Of a stretch of 64,000 bases of DNA, positions 48,467 through 58,411 are shown piece by piece. How positions within the stretch are numbered: the first letter of the stretch is position 1; each line of letters opens with the position of its first letter. The stretch lies in NCBI GenBank assembly GCA_049322215.1, contig JBMORU010000001.1:388023-452022 (forward strand), given 5' to 3'. Below the pieces are notes generated by a model that saw only the letters and a list, made by a program, of their open reading frames with translations, searched no databases and was not told the origin of the DNA. The position numbers were made by a program, and so were the translations under genes. The DNA is from Patescibacteria group bacterium. GTDB taxonomy: Bacteria; Patescibacteriota; WWE3; UBA101185; UBA10185.

Positions 48467-49545
48467 AGCTCGCGTTCAATTACCCACTGCGCTGATTGTA
48501 TAAAAAAATCTACTGCTTCTTTATTATAATTCGTCCAACTTTTTGCTTCATTTATAGCCTTTAGAGCGTATGTTTCTGCCTCATTTTGAGCGAAAACATC
48601 TGCTTTGTGCTTTTTCATTATTTCCTTAACTCTATCAATTTGTTTTTTAGTAGATTTTTTGTTTCCCAATATGCTATTTATTTCTTTTTCTTCTGCGGTA
48701 GAACATTTACTCAAAGTATATTTCACTAGTGCTGTTTTTTTCCCTTCTCTTATATCTGATAAAGTAGATTTTCCCAATTTTTTCTCATTTCCAAAAACAC
48801 CAAGTAAGTCGTCTTGCATTTGAAACGCTATTCCCGCTAAAGAAGCGTACTTTCCTATTTTTTTAAAATCTGCTTCAGTTCCATTTGCAATTATTAAACC
48901 TAAATACATAGGGGATATTACTGTGTAGTTGGCCGTTTTAAGATTTGCAAGTTCTGTAATCATTTTTAAAGTTATATCTTTAATTGGATTCGCATCTCTT
49001 TCTAAATCATAAATTTGCCCGGCAAAGGTATTTAAACCTGTTTCAATTTGATTTTGTATAAGCTTTAATTTAATGGGTTCGTTAATTTTTGCCTTTTGAA
49101 GTACTTGCAAGGTTAAGTATGCGGCTATATCTCCTGTCATTATTGCCATTCCTAACGCATCTTTTTCAGAGCCCGTCATTTCTTTAAGGCTATAGTATGT
49201 TGAATTCATACCACGTCTTATTGGTGCGTCGTCTACTATGTCGTCATGAATTAACAAATGTGCTTGTAGTAACTCAATACTTATAGATGCGCTTAATAGC
49301 GCGTCAGTGTCGTGCTTGCTGGTTTTATTTTTCAAAAGTTTGTAGGATTCATATACAAATGCAACTCTTTGCCTTTTTCCTCCGTTTAAAGCTAAATTTT
49401 CAAGCAGTCTTAAACAAGCAGGAATTTGTTTACTGTTTTTTGTTGGAATAAATTCTTTTTTTAGATTATTAAAATACTGAGTAAAATGTGGTTCAAAGCT
49501 TTGCTGATATTTAGTTATTTTCTGGGCAATGGAAGCATCATGCAT
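48463..49545 (-). CDS. polyprenyl diphosphate synthase (trans-isoprenyl diphosphate synthase family)
   Basis: First Asp-rich motif LIHDDIVDD. Second motif FQMQDDLLG. Confidence 0.8.
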   Translation of the reverse strand: MHDASIAQKITKYQQSFEPHFTQYFNNLKKEFIPTKNSKQIPACLRLLENLALNGGKRQRVAFVYESYKLLKNKTSKHDTDALLSASISIELLQAHLLIHDDIVDDAPIRRGMNSTYYSLKEMTGSEKDALGMAIMTGDIAAYLTLQVLQKAKINEPIKLKLIQNQIETGLNTFAGQIYDLERDANPIKDITLKMITELANLKTANYTVISPMYLGLIIANGTEADFKKIGKYASLAGIAFQMQDDLLGVFGNEKKLGKSTLSDIREGKKTALVKYTLSKCSTAEEKEINSILGNKKSTKKQIDRVKEIMKKHKADVFAQNEAETYALKAINEAKSWTNYNKEAVDFFIQSAQWVIEREL

Positions 49546-50300
49546 TAATGTCCTCCACCAAAACGACGTTGGCGGTTAAAGTATGCATCATAAGCATGTT
49601 TCAGTTTTGCTTCATCAAAGTCTGGAAAAAAACAGGGTTCAAAATAAAACTCTGAGTATGCGGCTTGAATTGGCATTAAACCACTTAATCTAATTTCCCC
49701 CGAAGTTCTAATAACGTAGTCTACGTAAGGATTCTGCTGTCCGCTAGTATCTAAATAGCTATTAAAAACGTATTCCTTTAGTTTGGCATCTTTATTGCCT
49801 ACAATCTTTCCTATATCCTCAACAGTTAGCTTGCCGTCTTTAACGTCTTGAGCTATTTTTTGCGTTGCTCTAATAATTTCATCTACACCGCCATAATCGA
49901 GCGCTAGATTTAACACGTAATTAATATTGCTTTCTGTTTTTTGTGCAATTTCAGCTAGTTTTTCTACTAGTTTAGTTGGAAGTCTGTCTTTTCGGCCTAA
50001 GTGATAAATTCTTACTCCTTCTTTCATAGCATCTCCAACAAATTCATCAATGGCATCCATTAACAAATTTACAATGAAATCTAACTCAAGTTTTGGTCTA
50101 TGTAACCAGTTTTCAGTGGATAATCCCCAAATAGTTAGGGTGTGAATGTTTAGTTTTTTTGAGGCTTTGGTTAATTCTATAATTCGGTTCATGCCCTTTT
50201 TGTAACCTTCTGTTGCCTTTACACCATTGGCATCTGCCCATCGAGAATTGCCATCGGGGATCACTGCTAAGTGATTAAGGTTTTGTTTTTCTTTTGCCAT
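49545..50300 (-). CDS. uppS: isoprenyl transferase (undecaprenyl-diphosphate synthase family)
   Basis: HLAVIPDGNSRWA cis-prenyltransferase motif. Overlaps the downstream polyprenyl synthase start. Confidence 0.8.
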   Translation of the reverse strand: MAKEKQNLNHLAVIPDGNSRWADANGVKATEGYKKGMNRIIELTKASKKLNIHTLTIWGLSTENWLHRPKLELDFIVNLLMDAIDEFVGDAMKEGVRIYHLGRKDRLPTKLVEKLAEIAQKTESNINYVLNLALDYGGVDEIIRATQKIAQDVKDGKLTVEDIGKIVGNKDAKLKEYVFNSYLDTSGQQNPYVDYVIRTSGEIRLSGLMPIQAAYSEFYFEPCFFPDFDEAKLKHAYDAYFNRQRRFGGGH

Positions 50301-50351
50301 AACTGCGATGTTAGCAGTTTTAAACTAAAAGTTCAATTTGCATATGCTTAC

Positions 50352-51041
50352 TTATCTTATACCGCAGTATTCAACATTTTTTGTAACGTGACTTGCAATT
50401 TGGCTTAGTTCTTCGTCTGTATATGTAGTGTAATTTTTGTATTTTGAATTTAATGTTTTGGTTGGAACAAACTTTTGCAAGTAGTATTTTTTTGCACCTA
50501 AGATTAAGTTGCTTATTTCGTATATGTCTGCTGGAGATAAGTCTTCTTTTACAACAGTAGTCCTAAACTCATAAGATATATTTGATTTCATTATCAATTG
50601 TATACTTGTAGTTATTTTTGCTTTTATGCCAAGTTCTTTGGTTAAGGTTTTATATGTTGTTAGTGGTGTTTTTATATCCATAGCAACATAGTCAATTAGT
50701 TTGTCATCAATAAGCTGCTTTAGTGTATTTGGATTAGACCCTTGAGTATCAAGCTTTACCATATATCCTAAGTCTTTGATTTTTTTAATAAACACTATTA
50801 AGTCTTTATGTAAGGTAGGTTCCCCTCCTGTTATTACTACTCCGTCTAGTTTACCCTTTCTTGTGTGCAAAAAGTCAAAGAATTCGTTTTCAGGTATTAT
50901 TTTTGCTATTTTACGTGCGTCTAGTAGCTCTGGATTATGGCAATACCCACAGGCAAAATTACAACCTACTGTGAATACAGTACATGCAACTTTACCTGGG
51001 AAATCGATCAAAGTGGTTTTTTGTAATCCGCCTATAATCAT
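50352..51041 (-). CDS. nrdG: anaerobic ribonucleotide reductase activating protein (radical SAM)
   Basis: CNFACGYCHN radical-SAM cluster motif. Overlaps nrdD by 4 nt. Confidence 0.8.
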   Translation of the reverse strand: MIIGGLQKTTLIDFPGKVACTVFTVGCNFACGYCHNPELLDARKIAKIIPENEFFDFLHTRKGKLDGVVITGGEPTLHKDLIVFIKKIKDLGYMVKLDTQGSNPNTLKQLIDDKLIDYVAMDIKTPLTTYKTLTKELGIKAKITTSIQLIMKSNISYEFRTTVVKEDLSPADIYEISNLILGAKKYYLQKFVPTKTLNSKYKNYTTYTDEELSQIASHVTKNVEYCGIR

Positions 51042-53131
51042 TTTTGTTGAACATTAAAGCTTTTTCTACGTACATATTCAGCTTGTTTCCCATCGTTCCA
51101 TTGTGCTAGTGGCCTTAAATATCCTACTATTCTGGAGTAAACTTCACACACGCTATCACATTTTTCACAAGTTACGTGCTCTCCGCTTAAGTACCCATGC
51201 TCTGGGCATACACTAAATGTGGGTGTAATACTAAAGTAAGGAAGTTTATAATTATTGCAAACATTTTTAACGAGCGACTTTACTGATTCCAAGTCGTTTA
51301 TTTTTTCTCCAACGAATAAGTGCACTACTGTACCTCCGGTATATTTAGTTTGAAGATTATCTTGCAAATCTAAATAACCAAATATGTCATCTGTAAAATT
51401 TACAGGTAAATGGGTGGAGTTTGTATAAAACGGAGTGTTAGCTTCGTGTGCAATTCCCGCGGCTGTTACTATGTCGGGGTATCTTAAAGCATCAGCCTTA
51501 GATAGTCTGTACGATGTACTTTCGGCGGGGGTTGCTTCTAAATTGTAGTTGTGTCCAGTGTCTTCAATGTAATGATCTAGTTTATCAAGCATAAAGTTCA
51601 TTACTTCTTCTGCAAATGCGTTTCCTTCAGGTGTAGTTATATCTTTACCTAAAAAGTTTACACATGCTTCGTTCATACCAACTAAACCAATTGTAGAAAA
51701 GTGATTACTCCAGTATTCGCCAAATTTTTTGTGGATATTTCTCAAATAAAACTTTGTGTATGGGTACAAATCTTTTTCTGTAAACTTTTCTAGCGTATGC
51801 CTCTTAATTTCTAGAGATTCTTTTGCTATATCCATTATTTCTTCAAGTAGTTCCAAAAACTCTTTTTTAGTTTTTGCTTTATAGCCAATTCTCGGCATAT
51901 TAATGGTTACAACACCTACTGATCCTGTAAGCGGGTTGGCTCCAAATAAACCACCTCCTCTTACTTTCAGTTTAGTATTGTCTATTCTTAAGCGACAGCA
52001 CATTGATCTTGCATCTTCAGGGTTTAAACTTGAATTAATAAAGTTACTGAAGTAGGGGATTCCATATTTCGCAGTAACTTCCCATAGTGAATTCAGGTTT
52101 TTATTATCCCAATCAAAGTCGTTTGTAATGTTTATTGTAGGGATTGGAAACGTAAACACTCGCCCCGAATTATCACCTTCTGCCATTAGTTCTAATAAAC
52201 ATTTGTTTAACATGTCCATTTCTTTTTGAAAGTCTCCATAAGTTTCACTTTTGTATTCACCACCTACTACAACATTTTGGTCTTTGTAAATTCCTGGAAC
52301 TTTCAAATCTAGAGTAATATTAGTAAAAGGTGTTTGAAACCCTACTCTAGTTGGAACATTAACATTAAACAAAAATTCTTGTAGAGCCTGACGAACCTCT
52401 TTTTCACCTAAGTTGTCGTATCTAATAAAAGGGGCAAGTAAAGTGTCAAAGTTTGATAGCGCTTGCGCGCCTGCCGCCTCTCCCTGTAATGTGTAAAAAA
52501 AGTTTACTACTTGCCCTAGTGCACTTCTAAAGTGTTTAGCAGGGGCGCTTTCAATTTTTCCTGCAACACCCTTAAAACCTGATAACAGTAAATCCATTAA
52601 ATCCCAACCAACACAATAAACTGCAAGTAAGTTTAAGTCGTGAATGTGATAATCGCCATTTAAGTGAGCATCTCTTACGTCTTCAGGATAAATTTTGTTT
52701 AACCAGTAAGTTTTTGTTACTTCAGAGGAAACATAGTTATTTAGACCTTGCAATGAATATCCCATATTGCTGTTTTCTTTTACTTGCCAGTCTAGTCTAT
52801 CAAGGTATTGATCCATTAATGTTGTAGAAAATTTTGAGGTTATTTCTCTAAGTTGGCGTCTTTGCTCTCTGTATAAGATATACGCCTTTGCGGTTTGTTT
52901 AAACGATGATGCAAGTAATACTTCTTCTACTATGTCTTGTATTTGCTCAACTGAAGGAGTTTTTTCTTTAATTGTTTCTTGAGCTATGTTTAGTGTTTTT
53001 AAAGCTAGTGTTCTTGCTTTTGCGCTCTCAAACTCTCCGGTTGCTTCGCCTGCTCGTGTAATAGCATTTACAAGTTTTTCAAAATCAAATTTATTAACTC
53101 TGCCATCTCTTTTTTTGATAGTTTTATACAT
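51038..53131 (-). CDS. nrdD: anaerobic ribonucleoside-triphosphate reductase (class III) with N-terminal ATP-cone
   Basis: ATP-cone N-terminus. C-terminal Zn Cys cluster and glycyl-radical motif CEVYSRIVGYLRP. Confidence 0.85.
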   Translation of the reverse strand: MYKTIKKRDGRVNKFDFEKLVNAITRAGEATGEFESAKARTLALKTLNIAQETIKEKTPSVEQIQDIVEEVLLASSFKQTAKAYILYREQRRQLREITSKFSTTLMDQYLDRLDWQVKENSNMGYSLQGLNNYVSSEVTKTYWLNKIYPEDVRDAHLNGDYHIHDLNLLAVYCVGWDLMDLLLSGFKGVAGKIESAPAKHFRSALGQVVNFFYTLQGEAAGAQALSNFDTLLAPFIRYDNLGEKEVRQALQEFLFNVNVPTRVGFQTPFTNITLDLKVPGIYKDQNVVVGGEYKSETYGDFQKEMDMLNKCLLELMAEGDNSGRVFTFPIPTINITNDFDWDNKNLNSLWEVTAKYGIPYFSNFINSSLNPEDARSMCCRLRIDNTKLKVRGGGLFGANPLTGSVGVVTINMPRIGYKAKTKKEFLELLEEIMDIAKESLEIKRHTLEKFTEKDLYPYTKFYLRNIHKKFGEYWSNHFSTIGLVGMNEACVNFLGKDITTPEGNAFAEEVMNFMLDKLDHYIEDTGHNYNLEATPAESTSYRLSKADALRYPDIVTAAGIAHEANTPFYTNSTHLPVNFTDDIFGYLDLQDNLQTKYTGGTVVHLFVGEKINDLESVKSLVKNVCNNYKLPYFSITPTFSVCPEHGYLSGEHVTCEKCDSVCEVYSRIVGYLRPLAQWNDGKQAEYVRRKSFNVQQK

Positions 53132-53250
53132 CTAATAGCTCCTAAATAAATCATTTACTTGTAAGTTTGGGCAGTATTGTTTTTTGGATTTTGACCAAAA
53201 GTTGTAAGTTATTTAAGATTACGCTAGTTCTTTTTTTTAAAAAAGGGTTT

Positions 53251-53703
53251 TTATAAAGAAGATATAGAAACAAGGTGGTTAAGGAATAAAAACAAAGTTC
53301 CCCACCAGCCAAAAAAAGAAATTATAAAACTAAGTGTTATAGAAATTTGCATAGAAGTTGGAAGTAGCTCTTCTGCTCTTCCATCCCTTTCTTGTTTTAA
53401 AAGTTTTGGGCTAATCCAAAAACTTAAAAAGCAGCCATTTAAAATTAACAGTGCAAAAATCCCCCAGTGAATGTAGGCTACATGTGTAATTCCTGTTAAG
53501 TTGTAGAACAGAGTGGCTCCAATTAGTGCTAAGATAGTTCCTAGCCATATAAGAGGTTTAGTCACTTTGTGGGCAGTTATGGTGGCGCGTGTCCAGTAGG
53601 GTGAGTTTCTGCCCAAAAACCCGTGAGTATCAATTACAGTTACAGCGCCTAGTCCTACAATATAGCCACCTATTAAAATAAACAAACTGATTACTTCTTC
53701 CAT
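53251..53703 (-). CDS. integral membrane protein, hypothetical (tandem paralogue)
   Basis: 4 TM helices. Shares a GLGA.TV.D...T.H........LNG.F pattern with the adjacent gene. Confidence 0.45.
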   Translation of the reverse strand: MEEVISLFILIGGYIVGLGAVTVIDTHGFLGRNSPYWTRATITAHKVTKPLIWLGTILALIGATLFYNLTGITHVAYIHWGIFALLILNGCFLSFWISPKLLKQERDGRAEELLPTSMQISITLSFIISFFGWWGTLFLFLNHLVSISSL

Positions 53704-54266
53704 TTGCCCATTCTATAAATGTTTTTCTCTAGCAGGAAACAAAAGGCTGTTCCTGCAAATAGTACTAAAAAGTACACACTCATAATTTGAATATAGTTGT
53801 ATCCATAGCCTTTGTTTATGGCTAAGAATAAAGCAGAATACCAGGAGGTTAAAGAAATAGCACCCGCTATTAATGTTTTTAGTCTTATCGCATGCTCTTT
53901 TTTGCTTATTTCTTTGTTAAAGCTGATTTTTCTAAGATTAGGTATTATTTTTTTATGCATAAAAATGCCGTTTAAAACTACAATGGCTACTATTGTTACT
54001 TTAGCTAAAAAACTGTCTGCATGTAGAAGATGTTCCATATTTGCATAAAACATTGTTAGTCCTGATAAGGTGAATAGCGCTATACCTGCCCATACCAAAT
54101 GTGTAACTGCCGTAATTGTATTGTACTCACTTTCTGTTATTTTTAAGTCTTTTATTGATCTAATAAACAAATAGTCAGAAACTGTAGCAGCGCCTAATCC
54201 TATTATAAACCCTATGAAATGAACTTTAAGAAATAGTGCGTAATTGCTTAGTATTACTTCTTGCAT
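53691..54266 (-). CDS. integral membrane protein, hypothetical (tandem paralogue)
   Basis: See 53251-53703. Overlapping start/stop. Confidence 0.45.
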   Translation of the reverse strand: MQEVILSNYALFLKVHFIGFIIGLGAATVSDYLFIRSIKDLKITESEYNTITAVTHLVWAGIALFTLSGLTMFYANMEHLLHADSFLAKVTIVAIVVLNGIFMHKKIIPNLRKISFNKEISKKEHAIRLKTLIAGAISLTSWYSALFLAINKGYGYNYIQIMSVYFLVLFAGTAFCFLLEKNIYRMGKWKK

Positions 54267-54273
54267 TATTTAA

Positions 54274-55074
54274 TTATAAATTACTTTTTTCTATATTTAA
54301 GCTTTGAATGAATTTAACTATGCCATTTGCAATTCCTTGTGCGGGTACTTCTGGGCTATTTATTAGCATTGTTGCCTCTTTGTAATTTGTCATAAATCCT
54401 GTTTCAACTAAAACTCCTGGCGTCATGGGGTGTATTGCGTGCTCGTATCTTCTGGAATTAAATGCATAATATCTAGTCATATTTCTTGTTATGTTTGGGT
54501 CTACGGGCAAGTTGGTTATTTTCCCATATTCCTCTTGAAGATAATTTGAGAGTTTTTGAGCATTTCCTGTGCGATCTCTTTGATATGCGGCGGTTTTGTA
54601 ACCATTAACAATTGGGTTTACGTTTCCATCAGCGTGTATTGATATAAAAGCATCTGCCCAGTAATCTACTGGAACAGTAGCTGGGAGTATGTCTACTATA
54701 TAGCCTTGCTCTTCTAAAATTTTGGCTGTTTCTTCAGCTATTTTTAAAACTACCTTCCACTCTGCAACTCCCTGGCCACTAGTTCCTCCTCCATTTTTTC
54801 TTATTCTTGTTTGTTCTTCTGGCATTTCATCGGTTTTCCAGTGCCCTGCTTGCAAGCCTATTTTAATAGGGCCGTTTGGGCGGGTCCAATTATAGTACTC
54901 ATCAAAAAAATTAGTTGGGGTTTCGCTTTCTTGAATATCTTCAACATATGGTGGTGCTCCGTAGTCTTTGGCATTTTTATACAGGCCAAAAGCCCAAATT
55001 GCCCCTAGTATAAAAGTTATGGCAAAAAATAAGGTTAGTAGTTTATTCATGAAGTAAAAATAGTCTTTGGGCAT
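54274..55074 (-). CDS. N-acetylmuramoyl-L-alanine amidase (Amidase_3-like), membrane-anchored
   Basis: N-terminal TM. GLQAGHW...SIHADGN pattern resembling the Zn-ligand positions of Amidase_3. Confidence 0.5.
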   Translation of the reverse strand: MPKDYFYFMNKLLTLFFAITFILGAIWAFGLYKNAKDYGAPPYVEDIQESETPTNFFDEYYNWTRPNGPIKIGLQAGHWKTDEMPEEQTRIRKNGGGTSGQGVAEWKVVLKIAEETAKILEEQGYIVDILPATVPVDYWADAFISIHADGNVNPIVNGYKTAAYQRDRTGNAQKLSNYLQEEYGKITNLPVDPNITRNMTRYYAFNSRRYEHAIHPMTPGVLVETGFMTNYKEATMLINSPEVPAQGIANGIVKFIQSLNIEKSNL

Positions 55075-55167
55075 TATACCATTATACTTTTTTAGAGTAG
55101 CAGCTCTTACAAAGTTCTTACCTGATGTTACTTAAATTTTAACTGCTTTTTCTTATCGTTACAGTGT

Positions 55168-55812
55168 ATGAGCAGTAGTTTTAGTCAAAAAAGACAAAGC
55201 ATGGTAGCTAAACAACTTATTTGCAGGGGAATATCCGATAAGCGTGTTTTAGAAGCTATGCAAAAAATTCCCAGGGAAGAATTTGTTCCTAATGTTCATA
55301 GAGATTTAGCTTACGAAGATGCTCCTTTAGAGATTGGGTTTGGCCAAACTATATCTCAGCCCTATGTTGTTGCGCGCATGTGTGAACTTTTAAATCTTAA
55401 AGGTGATGAAAAAGTTTTAGATATTGGTTCTGGGTCAGGCTATCAAGCTGCCGTCTTATCTAAAATAGCGGATCAAGTTTTTGCTGTTGAAGTTATTCCA
55501 GAGCTTGTGTCTTCAGCCAAAAATGTTTTTTCCAAGTTAAATTATGACAACATAACTGTTGTGGTAAAAAATGGAAGGTTAGGTTTAAGTGAGTATGCTC
55601 CTTTTGATGCTATTAAATCTGCTGCTGCCTCAAATGGGGTACCTGAAATTTGGTTTACCCAACTTAAAGTTGGGGGTCGCATAGTTGCCCCCATAGGAAA
55701 AAGCTTCCATCAAAATATTGTGAAATACACTAAAACAGAAACCGGAGTACACGAGGAAATATTTGAGGGTGTAAGGTTTGTCCCTTTAATAAATACTAAC
55801 AAAAGCTTATAA
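55168..55812 (+). CDS. pcm: protein-L-isoaspartate O-methyltransferase
   Basis: VLDIGSGSGYQAAVL SAM motif. LKVGGRIVAPIG. Confidence 0.8.
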   Translation: MSSSFSQKRQSMVAKQLICRGISDKRVLEAMQKIPREEFVPNVHRDLAYEDAPLEIGFGQTISQPYVVARMCELLNLKGDEKVLDIGSGSGYQAAVLSKIADQVFAVEVIPELVSSAKNVFSKLNYDNITVVVKNGRLGLSEYAPFDAIKSAAASNGVPEIWFTQLKVGGRIVAPIGKSFHQNIVKYTKTETGVHEEIFEGVRFVPLINTNKSL

Positions 55813-55870
55813 GTCTGATTTGAAGAAAAGAGTTGCTAACTAATTTTTAGAATTTTATTACAGCATAAAG

Positions 55871-55905
55871 GGGTGCATAAGTACTGTGAAAGTTCTTAAG
55901 CACCC
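55871..55905 (+). terminator. hairpin between convergent genes (GGGTGCATAAG / CTTAAGCACCC)
   Basis: Seen directly. Confidence 0.4.
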
Positions 55906-55914
55906 GGTATTTAG

Positions 55915-56271
55915 TTAAGGCATTGGTGTAGGTGGTTTATTGCCTTTGAAAGCCTTAATCCATGCTTCAAAGTTTTCAGGTGAACACGAGTAAAAATCTC
56001 GTGATTCGTCCCATTCTCCAGGAGCGTATTCCCATACAATTTTAAGCTTTGCACGTGGATGTGGTGTTTTATACTTGTTCCAATGTTCAAGTGCTGCCTT
56101 TGGACCTCCCCAGAATGCTGCGACAATAACGTCAACGACACCTTTTGCTTCTACCCCTTCAACCAATATCCTAACTTTTTCACCAAACTTAAGGCTTTCA
56201 GGCTTTCTTCCAACTACCACTACTTTAGCCTGTGATCCGTTTGGTTCTTGTCGTGTGTGAAAAGTACCCAT
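55915..56271 (-). CDS. hypothetical protein (moderately G+C-elevated)
   Basis: ORF only. Confidence 0.4.
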   Translation of the reverse strand: MGTFHTRQEPNGSQAKVVVVGRKPESLKFGEKVRILVEGVEAKGVVDVIVAAFWGGPKAALEHWNKYKTPHPRAKLKIVWEYAPGEWDESRDFYSCSPENFEAWIKAFKGNKPPTPMP

Positions 56272-56349
56272 TTATGTAACTCTCCTTTTTAATATGTTGA
56301 TTTGTGGGGGTATTGTATTACTTTAGTTAGTGGTTAGCAAACTAAAGGA

Positions 56350-57108
56350 CTACTCTTTTATATAGGTTGTTTGAATTGAAATAGCAATAACAAACTGGTT
56401 TTGTTTTGTTATGCCTTCAAAAACCTCATAAACATCTTTGAGGTCTTTTTCTTCATATGTTACTTCTACTCCGGCAGTTCCCGATGTTTCTTTTTGTGTA
56501 TATTCAAAACTCTTTAAATCATGTGTAGCTTTTTCTGCTAAATTTATTTCTAGTGTTTGTCCAACTTTTAAGTAAGTTGCAATTGAAGAGGGTAAGTTTG
56601 ATACGTAATATGTGCCTTCGCTATTTATAAGTTTTGCGCCGTGGTTTTTATCGTAATATTCCATAAGTGATTCCATGGGATATTTGTCGGTATGTGGAAG
56701 ATACTTCCAACCTAAATTAACAAGACCGTCTTCAAAGCTAAACATAGTTTCTTTAAAATCCTCGTTAAAACCATAAAATTTGGTTATTTTATAAACACAT
56801 GTGTTTGAGTATGCATCTGTTCTTTTCCAGCTACTTTTTCCTTTGTGGCATCTATCATGTGAAGATGTTGCATATTCAGTAAACAGTTTTAAATCATTTA
56901 TTTCAGCAAAAGTTTTATAAATATTTTGTCTTGCCGTCGCACGTTGTGTTATTGCTTGTTTTCCATAAGGATTAATTGGAGGTTTAAGGTTTTGGATTGC
57001 GCCTTTAATGCCACCGTTAAAAGCGATCAATGCTAAAGCGTAGATAAGGGCACAAACCAAAAGAATTGTGATAGCAATTACTAAAGGTAGTTTGATTTTC
57101 TTTGGCAT
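56350..57108 (-). CDS. membrane-anchored hypothetical protein
   Basis: N-terminal TM anchor. No motif. Confidence 0.45.
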   Translation of the reverse strand: MPKKIKLPLVIAITILLVCALIYALALIAFNGGIKGAIQNLKPPINPYGKQAITQRATARQNIYKTFAEINDLKLFTEYATSSHDRCHKGKSSWKRTDAYSNTCVYKITKFYGFNEDFKETMFSFEDGLVNLGWKYLPHTDKYPMESLMEYYDKNHGAKLINSEGTYYVSNLPSSIATYLKVGQTLEINLAEKATHDLKSFEYTQKETSGTAGVEVTYEEKDLKDVYEVFEGITKQNQFVIAISIQTTYIKE

Positions 57109-57150
57109 TGTGGATTACTTTAGCCTTTCTTTATTTATTTACTATTTCAG

Positions 57151-57855
57151 CTACTGCTCTACAATTTTTTCTAACGTTTTTTGCTTTACGCCAGGTACAT
57201 CGGGATATTTTTTGTGTTGGTAGTATTCGTATGCAATTGGAATAAAAGAGAGACCAATAATTGCAAATACGGCATAGTGAAAATTTTCTTGAATTATTGG
57301 CAAATTACCAAAAAAGTATCCAAGAAGAGTAAACAAAGTTACCCATAAAATTCCTCCGGTGACATTATATGTTATAAATTTACTGTAATGCATGTTTCCA
57401 ACACCGGCTACAAATGGTGCAAATGTGCGTATAATAGGTACAAAGCGAGCAAGCATAATTGTTTTGGCTCCATGTTTTTTATAAAATTGCTCTGTCTTAT
57501 CTATATGTTCTTGATTTATAAACTTTATCTTAGGATTATCTACAATTTTGCGTCCAAATGTGTGTCCAATCCAATAGTTTGCGGCGTCGCCTAAAACGGC
57601 TGCAATAATTAAAAGAAGAATAATTCCTAAAATATTAAAAGATCCCAATGAAGCAATAGCTCCTGCGGCGAATAATAGCGAGTCCCCAGGAAGAAATGGT
57701 GTTACGACAAGACCTGTTTCTGCGAATACTATTAAAAACAGAATCCCATAGGTTAAGGTTCCATATTGGTTTACAAGCTCTATTAAATGAGTATCCAGGT
57801 GCAATATAAAATCGATAGCGTTTTGAAAGTACTCCATGGTAAGTAATAATAGCAC
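57151..57855 (-). CDS. DedA-family membrane protein
   Basis: VTPFLPGDSLLFAAG and ARFVPIIRTFAPFVAG DedA signatures. Confidence 0.75.
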   Translation of the reverse strand: MLLLLTMEYFQNAIDFILHLDTHLIELVNQYGTLTYGILFLIVFAETGLVVTPFLPGDSLLFAAGAIASLGSFNILGIILLLIIAAVLGDAANYWIGHTFGRKIVDNPKIKFINQEHIDKTEQFYKKHGAKTIMLARFVPIIRTFAPFVAGVGNMHYSKFITYNVTGGILWVTLFTLLGYFFGNLPIIQENFHYAVFAIIGLSFIPIAYEYYQHKKYPDVPGVKQKTLEKIVEQ

Positions 57856-57863
57856 TTTGTTTA

Positions 57864-58352
57864 TTATAAAAATAGATAACTAATTATTGAAGCTGCGACT
57901 ATAGTAAGAAAATTATATGTAAAATGTGCAAGCACACATTTTTTGTAGCCGTTGTTTTCTCTTATGAACCTCCAAAGAAATATTCCTAAAGCCAGTTGGG
58001 GAAATCCCAGATTTATTCCTGGGGTTCCTAGTGAATGCATTAACGAAAATACTACTGCAATTAAAGTTCCAAATAACCAGTAGTCAATTTGGGCTAATTT
58101 CTTTTTCCATAACTTATAAGGAATTAACCTAAATAACAGTTCTTCTACAGCAACAACAACTAACCCGTAGGTGATCATTGTTATAAATACCATTAAATAA
58201 TTACCTTCAGTTATAAGGTTAACTATTTTTTCATTTCCACTTTTGGGCAGAAAAAAATCAATTTTAAAATAAAGTAAGATATATGAAATTGATAAAACAA
58301 TAGTTGTAAATAAAACAGTTTTATACAAAGTTTTCAAATAAGTGGTTTCCAT
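57864..58352 (-). CDS. CPBP-family intramembrane metalloprotease (CAAX protease / Abi)
   Basis: EELLFR motif and a downstream FxxxH in TM helices. Confidence 0.65.
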   Translation of the reverse strand: METTYLKTLYKTVLFTTIVLSISYILLYFKIDFFLPKSGNEKIVNLITEGNYLMVFITMITYGLVVVAVEELLFRLIPYKLWKKKLAQIDYWLFGTLIAVVFSLMHSLGTPGINLGFPQLALGIFLWRFIRENNGYKKCVLAHFTYNFLTIVAASIISYLFL

Positions 58353-58411
58353 ATTTTATAATAGTAGCATTCTTCTTTTTTAATTTAATGAGTTACTGAT
58401 ATATTGTTTAT

